Part shown: positions 11,001 to 20,863 of the stretch, one piece after another | How positions within the stretch are numbered: the first letter of the stretch is position 1 | Layout: each line of letters opens with the position of its first letter | Translations under genes and position numbers: made by a program | The notes under the pieces: generated by a model | Told to the model about the DNA's origin: nothing | What the model saw: the letters and a program-made list of their open reading frames with translations, nothing else | Databases searched by the model: none | From: Acidobacteriota bacterium | GTDB lineage: Bacteria; Acidobacteriota; UBA6911; JACQSX01 | DNA length: 64,000 nt | Direction of reading: 5' to 3' | NCBI GenBank assembly: GCA_036507075.1 | Contig: DASXQR010000017.1 | Coordinates: 32,001 to 96,000, forward strand

Positions 11001-11813
11001 GCGGAGCACGTTTCCCGGCTGGGAGATTCCCCACTGCGATAGCGGATCCAGGTAAGGGAGAATCCCCTTCGCGCGCGTTTCCTCCGGTGTCGGGGGCGGA
11101 ACAGTTTGAATCCGCTGCGGCGTGCCGTCGCGTGCGTAACTCTCACCGAAGTGAGCATCCTTGAGCGGATAAGCGCCGTTGTTGTACAAAGCCGCTCCCC
11201 AAAGCATCGCGCCATGGGTCATCATGCTCTTTCGCACGTTGTAGGCTTCACGCGTATGACATCCTGCCGATCCACAGGTCTGATCCAGGACTCGAAGGTC
11301 GCCGGGGTTGTTAAAGCGGACAAATTCCTCGCTTTCCTGGTTCCACTGCGCGCCGATGCGAACGGGATTGGCGCTTGTCTTGAAAAAATCCTTCGATCGT
11401 GGCTGTGGATGCGCCTTCTCCTTCGCGCTGGTATCAGCGTTGCCGCCATGGCAATCGGTACATCCAAGGCGTACGGTTTCCTGTGCATGCATCGGTTCCA
11501 CGTTGGTGTGACAACCGGTGGAAGTGCATCCTGCACTCTTTCTGTCGGCTTCCTGCTGCGTTTGAAAGAGCAGGCTTTCTCGAAGGTCTGAAGAGGCGCG
11601 GATCTGAGAGAAAGTATTATAAGACCCGGTTTCGGGGCCCTTCTTGATCACGGACTGCCGGCCCGCCAGGGCCTCGTGCCGCGTTTGTGGCGAAGAGTCG
11701 CGAGCAACCTCTACAGGATCCAAAGCCGGCCGGAGCCCGGCGTTGCCCAGCGCGATAATTGCCGCACCGCCGATCAACGCAAGAATTCTCAGCGCCATCA
11801 ATCCTTGTTGCAT
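8055..11813 (-). CDS. Large exported multiheme cytochrome c with C-terminal LVIVD-repeat beta-propeller
   Basis: 1252 aa; signal-like N-terminus; 8 CxxCH + 2 CX4CH (CTSTGCH, CGSAGCH); repeats GLEVFDV, GLAILNL, GLKVVDV, GLVILDI, GLRVLQL. Confidence 0.85.
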   Translation of the reverse strand: MQQGLMALRILALIGGAAIIALGNAGLRPALDPVEVARDSSPQTRHEALAGRQSVIKKGPETGSYNTFSQIRASSDLRESLLFQTQQEADRKSAGCTSTGCHTNVEPMHAQETVRLGCTDCHGGNADTSAKEKAHPQPRSKDFFKTSANPVRIGAQWNQESEEFVRFNNPGDLRVLDQTCGSAGCHTREAYNVRKSMMTHGAMLWGAALYNNGAYPLKDAHFGESYARDGTPQRIQTVPPPTPEETRAKGILPYLDPLSQWGISQPGNVLRVFERGGLRVPDIGIPNPEEEPGKPDKNLSVRGFGTANRTDPVFLGLQKTRLLDPILHFPGTNDQPGDYRHSGCTACHVIYANDRSPLHSGAYAVYGNSGRTANPDPTIPKNQSGHPIRHRLTRSIPSSQCMVCHMHPGTNMVSTYFGYTWWDNETDGELMYPSREKKLSPNQVAEIQQRNPEGSAIRGLWSDPQFLADLTNLNPQLKRTQFADFHGHGWVFRAVYKQDRKGNLLDKDGKIVPHSDPDKFRKAVHLKDIHLEKGMHCVDCHFEQDAHGNGKLYNEPRGAIEIDCTDCHGTVTQRTTLKTSGFAAPPQGTNLSTLRTPWGRKRFEVIGDRIIQRSMVKEGQEWEIVQTLDSVTPGLSHYSEKSRLAKTLQKDGTTWGVPADEKLLAHPNSSMTCYACHSSWMTGCFGCHLSMTANKKRPMLHNEGQTTRNWTSYNFQVVRDDVYMLGIDGTVTGHRVAPAASRSAVLVASQTGNREWVYSQQQTVSAEGFSGQAFSTHVPHTVRAAETKTCTDCHVSKYNDNNAVMAQLLMQGTNFVNFMGRFVYVGEEKHGFEAVVVTERDEPQAVIGSELHRIAYPENYRKHRQRGEQLKEAYHHHGETAGLQLRGEYLYTANGPGGLEVFDVAQIDHKGFSERMVSAPVSPAGQRFYVKSKFATAVAAPSTLAVDPARSHRQENDEQLPAPIYGYIFFTDRYEGLILVGAATLLDGDPTNNFLERSLTYNPNGLLNGASNLAIAGNYVYITCDRGLAILNLTDPLKPRVASIIEGPFLSKAKAVAIQFRYAFIIDDQGLKVVDVTIPEKAHPVESGTVRLEDARDIYLARTYAYVAAGKNGLVILDIERPEFPRLFLTYNAGGKINDAHAVKVAMTSASLYAYIADGQNGLRVLQLTSPARTEGNYGFSPAPAPELIATYRTRGPAVALSKGLDRDRAADESGNQIAVFGRRGARPLNLKEMQRMYLRDGKLYTVTDASP

Positions 11814-14083
11814 CAGTACGTTACCGCCAGTCCGACGAAAGTCGAGAAAAGTGTTTTCGACGTGAAAATGTCCCGGAAGCCGCGGCCCGGAATAAATGCT
11901 CCTACGCCGCCATTGATGATGAAGTTATTATTCAGCCATGGGCGCCACTTGACTCCGAGGCTCGCATCCATGCCGACAAAGCGGCGGATTCCGGACTGAA
12001 AAAGCAGGGCCTCCAAAACTTGAGTATGTGCAAACCACATCACGTTGACGTTGGCTGAGCCTCGTAATTTCGGAGTGACTTCTGCATCCATTCCCAGACC
12101 ACCCAGGTACAGTCCCGGGTTGACATAATTAGCCTGGCCTTCATCCTTGCTGCTTCGCAGACTTGGATTCAAGCTGAACCTTTGAGTGAGCCCCAAGCCC
12201 GTTCCCGTGAGCCGAAATCCTTGTCGCGTCCAAAAGCTGTTGCCCGCTCCGGCAAAGTTCACGTTATCGAAAATACTGTCGAAACCGCGCGAGCGATTGT
12301 CATTCGGGTTATCGTCGCCCGACACGTAGAAGAAAGACGCCTTATACCGCTTCCAGTCCCTGTCCAGTGACAACTCCAGAGCCGCCAGTTGCGCATTGAT
12401 GTCGGAATTGAGCGGCGCGAAGACCGCGTTTTGACCTGCAATCTGGCTGGGGATTTCCTGGCCCAGCACCTGGTAAAAGGCATGATCAATATTCCAGGAT
12501 CCGAAGTGGCCGTCTCCGGTCCATCCGAGGTAAACCGCGCTGATACTTTTGGGAATGACGTTCCCCACCTGGGCGGGACGAACCAGAAAACCATTCTCGT
12601 CAAAATGTACGCTGGGCCGGTCATGATTGAAATGAGCGCTGAATTGCGCCGTATAGCCGAGCGCGCCCAGGAAATCCTGGATGTAATAATTTGCGATTAA
12701 CACTTCCTGGCGTCTTTGCCTGAAAGTATTCAACCCGCTGTTAGTGTCCTTTTCCAGCATGTTGAAATAGGCCAGATTGTACTGGTGCTTGTTGGCTTTA
12801 AAGTTGCCAAACAGGCGTACGCCCGGCTCATTGTCCGAGAAGACAAAACCGCGAAAATCACTGGTGAACCCCTGCGTGCCCACCCGCAGCGACGCGAAGT
12901 CATAGAAGGGACTGGTCTCGGCCAGACGCGCTTCCACAAATGCCTCCTGCAGGGCGATGTGGGAATCGCTTCGCGTGTTGAAACGGCGCACATCGATATT
13001 CACCACCGCGTTTTCGCGGGCCTCAAGATAATTGACATTGAAAACGGGTGTGATGCGAAACCGAATGTCCACCGGCTTGAAAGTAGAGTAACCGCGAAAC
13101 AAGTCTGCCGACAGGATGAAATTCTGGTTGAACAGAAATGTTTCTCCGCGCGCGAAGAACTCCGGATTGTTCGGCTGCAAAGAACTGGGAGGACTGGGAA
13201 CGGGAAAACGCCGGTATTCCTCCAGGGAATCGCTGATGGCGCTGAAATTCAAAAACCAGCGATTGCCGAAAATCGGGTAATCGCCCTTCAGGACATTCTG
13301 GTTGAACGGGTCCCACCAGTGGCCGCGCACATAAGGATAGTCTCCATTGGCGGAGCGATACGGGGTGTAGCGATCCCAGCCGGGAAAGCCGATGCGCCAC
13401 CGATCAGCCACCGGAATGAAGTCTTCAGTCGCCTCCACGCGCGGGCGGTTGGAAACACGGCCGGCGTATCCAAGTGGCTGGTACTGGGAGGTGCGTGACG
13501 GATGCGCCACGTTTTCGACTGTTTCTGCTTCTTCAACCTGAGGCACGGGCCTGCGAAATGCCGGCGCAGTCTGGCTGGTCTCGGGTAGCTCCGGCTCTGC
13601 TTCCTTTGCGCCGGGTTCCTCCTGACCGGGGCGCCGGCGCAATCTTCGATCCGGGGGTACGCTCTCTTCGACCTTCATTTCTAAATTGAGCGTATATCGG
13701 TCGCGCAGAATAATTTCCCTGACTGACAGAGTCGGAAATCCGCTGCGCTCAGCAGTCAGGTCGTAAGTCCCCGGCTGAAGATTTTCAATCAGGAAGTTTC
13801 CTTCATTTCCGGTAACGGCTCCTTGCTGTTCTCCTGTTTGTCTGTTTATGACAGTGATGATGACCTGCGACAGGGGCGCGCCGGCAGTGTCGCGCACAGT
13901 CCCCTGCAGACGCGCTTGTTCGGACAGCCCCGGGCGTTCAGGGCGCCGAATCTGTGGCCGTGCCGCTTCCTTTCCCAACAAGGAAGAAAGGAAGCAGGAA
14001 AAAACAACCACGAGCGGAAGAAGTGTGTACCGCAAGCAGCCAACTGACCCGATCAAGCGCCCTTCTCTGGAGATCAAATTCAA
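11813..14083 (-). CDS. Outer-membrane beta-barrel protein with N-terminal carboxypeptidase-regulatory-like domain
   Basis: Signal peptide; [29 protein letters not shown] domain; amphipathic aromatic-rich strands; C-terminal beta-signal VGLAVTY; TGATG coupling to the downstream cytochrome. Confidence 0.7.
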   Translation of the reverse strand: MNLISREGRLIGSVGCLRYTLLPLVVVFSCFLSSLLGKEAARPQIRRPERPGLSEQARLQGTVRDTAGAPLSQVIITVINRQTGEQQGAVTGNEGNFLIENLQPGTYDLTAERSGFPTLSVREIILRDRYTLNLEMKVEESVPPDRRLRRRPGQEEPGAKEAEPELPETSQTAPAFRRPVPQVEEAETVENVAHPSRTSQYQPLGYAGRVSNRPRVEATEDFIPVADRWRIGFPGWDRYTPYRSANGDYPYVRGHWWDPFNQNVLKGDYPIFGNRWFLNFSAISDSLEEYRRFPVPSPPSSLQPNNPEFFARGETFLFNQNFILSADLFRGYSTFKPVDIRFRITPVFNVNYLEARENAVVNIDVRRFNTRSDSHIALQEAFVEARLAETSPFYDFASLRVGTQGFTSDFRGFVFSDNEPGVRLFGNFKANKHQYNLAYFNMLEKDTNSGLNTFRQRRQEVLIANYYIQDFLGALGYTAQFSAHFNHDRPSVHFDENGFLVRPAQVGNVIPKSISAVYLGWTGDGHFGSWNIDHAFYQVLGQEIPSQIAGQNAVFAPLNSDINAQLAALELSLDRDWKRYKASFFYVSGDDNPNDNRSRGFDSIFDNVNFAGAGNSFWTRQGFRLTGTGLGLTQRFSLNPSLRSSKDEGQANYVNPGLYLGGLGMDAEVTPKLRGSANVNVMWFAHTQVLEALLFQSGIRRFVGMDASLGVKWRPWLNNNFIINGGVGAFIPGRGFRDIFTSKTLFSTFVGLAVTY

Positions 14084-14195
14084 CGGAAGTAGAGACGCGA
14101 TATTATCGCGTCTCTGTGTTCGAATTGCAAAACTCTCCCCGTTGTGTAAAAATCTCCATCCTTTCCACTCCCTTCAATGCGTGTTTGAGCTCACG

Positions 14196-15890
14196 ATGAC
14201 GCGACGCGACTTGGCATTTGTTTTGTTTCTCTTTGCCCTTTGCTGTTTGACCAGCCGGGTCTCGGCTCAGACCGGGACCATCCGGTTTATTCCGCCCCGA
14301 GTGCCGGCTGCGGTAGAAGAGACGGTAGCAGAGAAGGTGTCGGACTCAAGCATTCTCACTGCCAGTGAAGTGGACTTGACAGTAAAGGGCGCCCTGCAGG
14401 CAGCCGGCGTTCCGGGATACTCCGTTGTTGTAGTAGACAGGGCTGGAAGAATTCTCGCGGTCTGGCAGCAGCCCGGAGCCACTCTGGAAACCGCCGAGCG
14501 GGCCCTTTCCCTGGCTCGAACGGGCGCTTTTTTCAGCAACGATCAAGCGCCGCTCTCTTCTCGAACGGTGCGCTTCATCAGCGGCATTCATTTACCGCCG
14601 GGAATTCGGCTGCAGCCGAACGCAGACCTTTACGGGATTGAAAATACCAATCGGGGCTGCGATTTCAATGCGCAATTCAACGAAGGCAAGTTTGTCCCGC
14701 GCGCCAAGTCGCTTCTGGCATTGCTGCGCGATGAGAATCCGCAACTTGGCCCCTCGCTTCCCTGCAATGCTTTCGACCAAAGTGGATGCGGAGTTGGAAT
14801 CAGCACGGGCAAGTACTCAGGACGCTTTGAAGAGGGCCGCTTGATTGACATCGAGCTTGACGAGAAGTTGGATCAAAAGCCGCTGCAGGTGGACGGAGGC
14901 GGCATACCGTTATTTAAAGACTGCCGCGTAGCCGGCGGTATAGGTATTTTTGGTATTCCGCCGGCGCAGGCAGAATTTGCAGCGCTGGTGGGAAGTATTT
15001 CAGGTGGGCCTTCATTTGGGCCGCTTTCCTGCCTCCCGCCGCCCGGTGCTGTTTTCCTCGCCGGATTACGGCTTCCTTTCATTGGGCCATTGGCAGCGCA
15101 ATTGCTCCAGTCTGGAAAGACTACTTTGCCGGGAACCAGCCCGGGAACGTCCGTGGGCGCGTATCTCGTGCTGCCGCGTGATGGCGTCGTCGCTGCGGAT
15201 GGATGGCTGGTTGGGGGGCCTGATAATCCAAAAAACAGCGCTGAACTGTCAGCTTCCGAAGTTCAGACCATTGTCCAGCAGGCGATTGATCAGGCAAATA
15301 AGACGCGCGCAGCGATTCGGCTGCCGCCTGGCAGCCGCACCCGTATGGTCATTGCCGTTTCTGATGTGCGCGGCAATCTGCTGGGCCTGTATCGGATGAC
15401 CGATGCCACCGTGTTCAGCATCGATGTGGCTGTGGCCAAATCACGTAACGTGGTTTACTTCAGTAGTGAGCGGCTCGACCCGCGTGATTTACCCGGCGTC
15501 ACGCCGGGCACAGCCGTGACCAATCGAACCATTAGCTTTGGATCCCAGCCGCTGTTTCCCCCGGGCATTGATTCTACCCTCCATGAACGGGGTCCCTTCT
15601 TTGACCTTTTTTTGCGCGACCTGGCCAGTCCCTGCTCTCAGGGATTCGACACGGAAAACAAGGAGAACGTTAACGGGATTGTCTTCTTTCCTGGCAGCGC
15701 GCCCCTTTTCAGAAATGGAAAGCTGATCGGAGGACTGGGGATCAGCGGCGACGGCGTGGATCAGGACGACGTGGTCACCGCTGCTGGAACCATCGGCTTT
15801 GAGGCGCCGCTTTCCATTCGCGCCGATCAATTTCTTTTGCGCAGCGTGCGCTTGCCCTATATAAAGTTCAATCGGAACCCTGAGAACTGA
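14196..15890 (+). CDS. Exported tandem GlcG/HbpS-family heme-binding protein
   Basis: Signal peptide MTRRDLAFVLFLFALCCL; two GlcG-like domains (VVVVDRAGRIL..GGIPLF..AGGIGIFG; IAVSDVRGNLL..PGSAPLF..GGLGISGDGVDQD); start moved from 13848. Confidence 0.75.
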   Translation: MTRRDLAFVLFLFALCCLTSRVSAQTGTIRFIPPRVPAAVEETVAEKVSDSSILTASEVDLTVKGALQAAGVPGYSVVVVDRAGRILAVWQQPGATLETAERALSLARTGAFFSNDQAPLSSRTVRFISGIHLPPGIRLQPNADLYGIENTNRGCDFNAQFNEGKFVPRAKSLLALLRDENPQLGPSLPCNAFDQSGCGVGISTGKYSGRFEEGRLIDIELDEKLDQKPLQVDGGGIPLFKDCRVAGGIGIFGIPPAQAEFAALVGSISGGPSFGPLSCLPPPGAVFLAGLRLPFIGPLAAQLLQSGKTTLPGTSPGTSVGAYLVLPRDGVVAADGWLVGGPDNPKNSAELSASEVQTIVQQAIDQANKTRAAIRLPPGSRTRMVIAVSDVRGNLLGLYRMTDATVFSIDVAVAKSRNVVYFSSERLDPRDLPGVTPGTAVTNRTISFGSQPLFPPGIDSTLHERGPFFDLFLRDLASPCSQGFDTENKENVNGIVFFPGSAPLFRNGKLIGGLGISGDGVDQDDVVTAAGTIGFEAPLSIRADQFLLRSVRLPYIKFNRNPEN

Positions 15891-15908
15891 GCAAATTCTC
15901 CGAATGCC

Positions 15909-17333
15909 ATGGCCAAAAAGAAATACGATCTGATCGTCATTGGTTCAGGACCTGCCGGAGAAAAAGGCGCTGCACAGGCGGCTTATTTCGGAAAAAAAGT
16001 AGCCCTCATTGAAAAGGAGCCTGTGCTCGGGGGCGCCGCTGCCAACACGGGGACTCTTCCTTCTAAAACATTGCGAGAGACTGCTCTCTACCTGTCCGGT
16101 TTTCAACAACGCGAATTGTACGGCGTCAATATCGGAATGAAGGAAAAACTAACGGTTCCAGATTTTTTGTTCCGGGAAAGACTGGTAAAGGAAAATGAGA
16201 GAGCCAGGATCATGGAAAATTTGAAGCGCCACAACGTGGAGCTGTATATGGGGATCGCCTCCTTTGTCGACCCGCACACGGTCTTGATCCATCCAGCCAG
16301 ATCCGCGGATGTGCAGATTCAGGGGGCGGTCATTCTTATCGCCACTGGTTCATATCCTCATCGGCCGCCCATTTTTCCATTTCATGATCCGCGCATTTAT
16401 GACTCCGATTCCATTCTTACCATGCACAATATGCCTCCCACGATGGTGGTGGCCGGCGGAGGCGTGATCGGCTGCGAATATGCGTGTATGTTTGCGGCTT
16501 TCGGTATCGATGTTTCGCTTGTGGAAGTACGAGAGACGTTAATGGGTTTTTTGGATCCGGAAATCTCCGACATGCTGCGCGTGAGAATGGAGGCGATGGG
16601 AATTCACATGAAGATGCCTGACTCCATAGAGACGGTTGAGCCGGGCGCTGAGACCATCGAAATCCGGCTACAGTCGGGCTCTGTGCTCAATGCGCATACG
16701 ATTTTGGTCGCCTCCGGGCGCAGTGGCAACACTGAGACCCTGGCTTTGCAGAAAATCGGAATTGCGACCGGCAAACGTGGACAAATAGAGGTGAATGAGA
16801 ATTATCAGACCAATGTGCCAAATGTGTATGCCGTCGGGGATGTCATCGGCTTTCCGGCCCTGGCCTCTACCTCGATGGAACAGGCCCGTGTTGCAGTGGT
16901 TCACGCATTCGATTTGAAGTACAAAACACAACTGGCCAGCGTGCTGCCTTACGGAGTCTTCACCATTCCGGAATGTTCCATGGCTGGCGAGACGGAAGAC
17001 ACCCTTAAGGAGAAAAAGATACCCTATGTCGCGGGTAAGGCGCTCTATTCCGGCAACGCCCGCGGACAAATCATTGGTGACAACACGGGCTTTCTAAAAC
17101 TCCTTTTCCGCGAGGAAGACATGAAGCTCTTGGGTGTTCACATAATCGGCGAGCAGGCAACCGAAATTATTCATGTGGGTCTTAGCGCCCTGCTGCTCGG
17201 CGCCGGAGCCGACCTTTTCATTCAGACCTGCTACAACTACCCCACCCTCACTGAGATGTACAAATACGCCACCTATGACGCGCTCGGGCGCAAGGCGGCG
17301 AGACGCAAAAGCAAGGTCGCAGCTCAAGCGTAA
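15909..17333 (+). CDS. sthA: Soluble pyridine nucleotide transhydrogenase
   Basis: GSGPAGE FAD motif, NTGTLPSKTLRE, GGGVIGCEYA, GDVIGFPALASTSMEQ, C-terminal NYPTL. Confidence 0.85.
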   Translation: MAKKKYDLIVIGSGPAGEKGAAQAAYFGKKVALIEKEPVLGGAAANTGTLPSKTLRETALYLSGFQQRELYGVNIGMKEKLTVPDFLFRERLVKENERARIMENLKRHNVELYMGIASFVDPHTVLIHPARSADVQIQGAVILIATGSYPHRPPIFPFHDPRIYDSDSILTMHNMPPTMVVAGGGVIGCEYACMFAAFGIDVSLVEVRETLMGFLDPEISDMLRVRMEAMGIHMKMPDSIETVEPGAETIEIRLQSGSVLNAHTILVASGRSGNTETLALQKIGIATGKRGQIEVNENYQTNVPNVYAVGDVIGFPALASTSMEQARVAVVHAFDLKYKTQLASVLPYGVFTIPECSMAGETEDTLKEKKIPYVAGKALYSGNARGQIIGDNTGFLKLLFREEDMKLLGVHIIGEQATEIIHVGLSALLLGAGADLFIQTCYNYPTLTEMYKYATYDALGRKAARRKSKVAAQA

Positions 17334-17412
17334 GAGTTTCTTGTCAAAATTGAAAATTCGCGCCTTCGCGGTGAACCTCAGCGAGCAAGCCAAAACCGCC
17401 AATCCGTAGCCT

Positions 17413-18522
17413 TTAGTTCGGCTTTTTCGTCATCTTCACCTTCAGCTCCACTTCCTTTGTCGGCATCATCTGAGGCGCACCCGGACCCTTCATACCAGCA
17501 TAGGCCTGCAGCTCGCGGATTTTTTCCATCAGTTTCGTCGAGAACCCGTTGATCTCTGCGGGAGTCGCACCGGCTGCTTCAAACGCCTTCCTGAACTGCG
17601 GCTCACTCAATTGTCCTGCCAGATTGGCAAACCAACGCGCATGCTCGGTAGGCACTACCCCGACGGAAGCCTTGCCTCGATAATGCAGTTTAATCTCGTT
17701 GCCATTATTCAAGTAGCGATCGATGAATTTCTGGCGCCGGAAGTCTTCCAGATCCCAGCGATTTTTATTCATCGGCAGCACGGCCATTTTTCCGAAAGTG
17801 GCGCCCAGGTCGGAGATGATGTACCAGTCTTCAATCTCACCGCTTTCCTTCTTTGTCTCGATGATGTCGTTGTTGCTGCTCTTTGTATCCCAGTTATTAA
17901 GCATGGTCATCAGGATCTTTAACCCCGACAGTTCCCTGGTCCCGGCGAACGGATTGTCATCCCACTTCCATTGATAACCGAGATGATGCCGAGCCGGGGA
18001 CTTGTTTTTGAAGCGCGCGTTTGTGAAATTGCCGTCTGCGCGCAGAGATGAGTTCTTCTCGCGCTTCAATTTCCCGATGCCCTCAATGCGGCCTGATGGG
18101 ACAAAGTAGGTCTCGTCGACCATGTAGCCCAGAGACCATAAGATCCGGCCAGCGGCGACCTCGGAATGCACTTCATTGGTGCTGGATTCAAACTTGACGC
18201 CCCATTTGACGCCGCCTGCGTCCGTTACTTCGACTTTGGGGTTGCTGCCGCTGAGATCTTCCTTGATGAATTGAAAGGGCGGCTTGGGGGCACTCGCCGG
18301 ACTCCCTATTCCCCAGTAAAGGTCTTTGGAAGCGATGTCCCCCGGATCCTGCCAAAGCCTGGCTGTCCCGCTCGGTTTAGGTATCTCCTTGGTCTGCTTC
18401 GGTTTTTCAGCCGCGAACGAAGAAACACTGCAAAACGCAAAAACGAGCAGCCACAGCACCAACGCCGCTCGTCGCACACTCTCGTTGTAACGCATCATTT
18501 GACCCCTCTCAGTTCTGCTCAC
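17413..18522 (-). CDS. Exported protein with atypical protein-kinase-like (HipA/PI3-4K-like) motifs
   Basis: Signal peptide; KWGVKF, EVAAGRIL, NWDTKSSNN, ISDLG; start may be near 18498. Confidence 0.55.
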   Translation of the reverse strand: MSRTERGQMMRYNESVRRAALVLWLLVFAFCSVSSFAAEKPKQTKEIPKPSGTARLWQDPGDIASKDLYWGIGSPASAPKPPFQFIKEDLSGSNPKVEVTDAGGVKWGVKFESSTNEVHSEVAAGRILWSLGYMVDETYFVPSGRIEGIGKLKREKNSSLRADGNFTNARFKNKSPARHHLGYQWKWDDNPFAGTRELSGLKILMTMLNNWDTKSSNNDIIETKKESGEIEDWYIISDLGATFGKMAVLPMNKNRWDLEDFRRQKFIDRYLNNGNEIKLHYRGKASVGVVPTEHARWFANLAGQLSEPQFRKAFEAAGATPAEINGFSTKLMEKIRELQAYAGMKGPGAPQMMPTKEVELKVKMTKKPN

Positions 18523-18670
18523 CTGATTTCAGGATACCAAAGACGATAAGCCAGTCCGCCCTGGAGGCCGAAAATTTTTGACATTTTCGGCCGCGCTGCA
18601 AGGCGGCGCTTCGAGCCAATTGCACCAATGGCAGAGCCCGTTGCGTTAGCAACCGGCCCTGCATGTTGCA

Positions 18671-18748
18671 AGCGGAGAGACGGCCTGAGGGCCGTCTAAG
18701 GGAATCTTCCATTTTGTGAGATGAGACGGCCCTTAGGCCGTCTCTCCG
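18671..18748. repeat. REP doublet (REPIN), left
   Basis: GGAG-AGACGGCC-TGAG-GGCCGTCT and an inverted copy AGACGGCCCTTAGGCCGTCT-CTCC. Confidence 0.85.
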
Positions 18749-18805
18749 ATCATCCCGATCATCTTTTTTTTTCGCAAAATCGCTTCCTGTCCGGTTATGT
18801 CCTGC

Positions 18806-19064
18806 ATGACTCTTTTTCGTAACTATTACCGAGTTGAATCCGCCAGACTGCAGCATTGGGACTATCGGTCTGGTTGTTATCACGTCACTGTCAATACCAG
18901 AGAAGGAAAGCACTGGTTTGGTGCCGTCAAAAGAAGTGAATCAATCTTTTCAATGGCAGGAAAGATTCCGTGATCAAGTTGTCCACAGCGAGAAACAGTT
19001 GAACGAGTTTAGAGAATATCTCGCGTTGAACCCGAGCAGATGGGAGATGAAACGGCAGAGGTAA
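18806..19064 (+). pseudogene. Internally deleted REP-associated tyrosine transposase (RAYT, Y1/HUH family)
   Basis: N-terminus MTLFRNYYRVESARLQHWDYRSGCYHVTVNTREGKHWFGAV joined out of frame near 18928 to C-terminus FQWQERFRDQVVHSEKQLNEFREYLALNPSRWE; central HUH segment absent. Confidence 0.8.
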
Positions 19065-19067
19065 GCC

Positions 19068-19147
19068 AGCGGAGAGACGGCCTAAGGGCCGTCTCCGCCG
19101 CGATGTAAATTGCCAAGCTGAGACGGCCCTCAGGCCGTTTCTCCGCT
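19068..19147. repeat. REP doublet (REPIN), right
   Basis: GGAG-AGACGGCC-TAAG-GGCCGTCT and an inverted copy AGACGGCCCTCAGGCCGTTT-CTCC. Confidence 0.85.
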
Positions 19148-19177
19148 CCCACGGCGGGCGGTGTGGATCACACGATT

Positions 19178-20857
19178 CTATGCCAGAGTGAATTGGAGGC
19201 GAGTTACCGAGGCAGGCGCGAATCGGTGGATGGCTGTTTTGCCGTTGACGGCCAGATCTGCGCTGGTCGGGATAAGAGCGGTCGGGTTGGCGAAGCTGTT
19301 GTGGGCATGAATATCCGAGGCAGACAGGGTCTGAATCTGGCACGATCGCAGGGAAGCTCCGGCGACGGATATTTCCGTATCGCGGCTTTCGCTCGCATGG
19401 GGATTGACCAGAGTCAGCAGCAGCGTCTTTCCCTGCAGTGAGGCCGAACCAGCCAGGCCCCACAGGCTGGCTGGTTTTTCCGCTCGCTGATAGGACACGC
19501 GTGGCGCAGAGATCACGGTTCGCACCGCTTGGGCGCCCTGGTGGGCGGCGTACATTTCAAAGACATGGAAATTGGGCGTGGCGACAAAGCGGTCCTCGTG
19601 GGCGACAAAGAGGGAGTGGATGGTGTTGATCAACTGGGCCACGTTTGCCATCACGATTTTGTCGGCGTGGCGGTTGAAAGTATCCAGAGTGAGAGCGGCA
19701 ATCAGCGCATCGCGCAGTGTGGGAAGATAACCGAACAAAAATGCAGCCGGAACGTCCTGAGACTGCGCGTGCCAGGCTCCCCATTCGTCCACGATCAGCT
19801 TGACGCGGTGTTCCGGGTCTGCTTCTCCCATGGCCAGCCAATGCTGCTCGACCAGAGCTTCCATTCGGTCCGCGCGGTTTAGCAGTTCGTACCAGTCTTC
19901 CAGCGTAAAATCGATCGACTGGCGCTTGCCGACTGTTCCGCAGTAATAATGAAGCGCCCAGCCATAAAGATTGTTAAGTTGCCCTCTGCCTTTCTCGACC
20001 ATGTTGGCAAAGAAACGGCGAGTCCAGTCCACGCTTCCATTGGGTGAGCCACCGTTTGGCCCGGCCGCGATAAAAGAGGGCATCCGTCCGTAGCGAGGAA
20101 CCCAACTGATGAATTTGCGGTACTCTGTCGCATAATCCTCGGGTGTAAAATTTCCTCCACAGCCCCAGGGCTCGTTTCCGACCCCCCAGAAGCGAACGTC
20201 AAAGGGGGCGGTGTCACCATTGGCTGACCGCAGATCGGAAAGGCTGGTCAATCCGGAAGGGGCGTTACAATACTCAACCCACTCGTAAAAGTCCCTGGGC
20301 GTAAGGCTGCGGACGTTGGCCGCCAGATAAGGCTGTGATCCGGTGAGCCTGCAGAAACGCATGAATTCGTGAGTGCCGAAATGGTTCGGATCGTATTTCT
20401 GAGGCCCGTTCGGGGCATTATTCATCGAACCGGCCCAGAAATTCGTGCGCCGCGAACGCGCCTCACGCGGCCCGATGCCATCGCGCCAGTTGTAACTGTC
20501 GGCAAAGCAGCCGCCTGGCCACCGAACCACCGGCGGTTTGATTCTACGCATGTACTCGATCAACTGGCTGCGAATGCCGGCCTGATTTGCAATCTTCGAG
20601 TTTTCACCTACCCAGACGCCGTCATAGATTACCCCTCCCAGATGCTCGATGAAGTGCCCGTAAATGTCAGGTGTAATTGTGCCGATCGGTTCGTTGATCA
20701 GAACTTCAATCCTGGAATCGGCCGAGCGGGCGCTGCGGGGCGCCAAAAGAGCGGCGGCGGCGGCAAGCGTCGAGGCCAGGAACTGGCGGCGGCCTGCTGC
20801 GGTGGGACGGCGGTTGTTGCGGTTTTGTGATTGCACTATGGTTGTTTTCAAGTCCAT
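19178..20857 (-). CDS. abfA: Alpha-L-arabinofuranosidase (GH51), Tat-exported
   Basis: GRRQFL Tat signal; IYGHFIEHLG, RWPGGCFAD, WGVGNE, IVDEWG, MANVAQLIN. Confidence 0.9.
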   Translation of the reverse strand: MDLKTTIVQSQNRNNRRPTAAGRRQFLASTLAAAAALLAPRSARSADSRIEVLINEPIGTITPDIYGHFIEHLGGVIYDGVWVGENSKIANQAGIRSQLIEYMRRIKPPVVRWPGGCFADSYNWRDGIGPREARSRRTNFWAGSMNNAPNGPQKYDPNHFGTHEFMRFCRLTGSQPYLAANVRSLTPRDFYEWVEYCNAPSGLTSLSDLRSANGDTAPFDVRFWGVGNEPWGCGGNFTPEDYATEYRKFISWVPRYGRMPSFIAAGPNGGSPNGSVDWTRRFFANMVEKGRGQLNNLYGWALHYYCGTVGKRQSIDFTLEDWYELLNRADRMEALVEQHWLAMGEADPEHRVKLIVDEWGAWHAQSQDVPAAFLFGYLPTLRDALIAALTLDTFNRHADKIVMANVAQLINTIHSLFVAHEDRFVATPNFHVFEMYAAHQGAQAVRTVISAPRVSYQRAEKPASLWGLAGSASLQGKTLLLTLVNPHASESRDTEISVAGASLRSCQIQTLSASDIHAHNSFANPTALIPTSADLAVNGKTAIHRFAPASVTRLQFTLA

Positions 20858-20863
20858 GTCAAC

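Noticed and set aside
13848..14195. N-terminal extension of the 680-aa ORF
   Set aside because: It overlaps the divergent barrel gene; a good signal peptide starts at ATG 14196.
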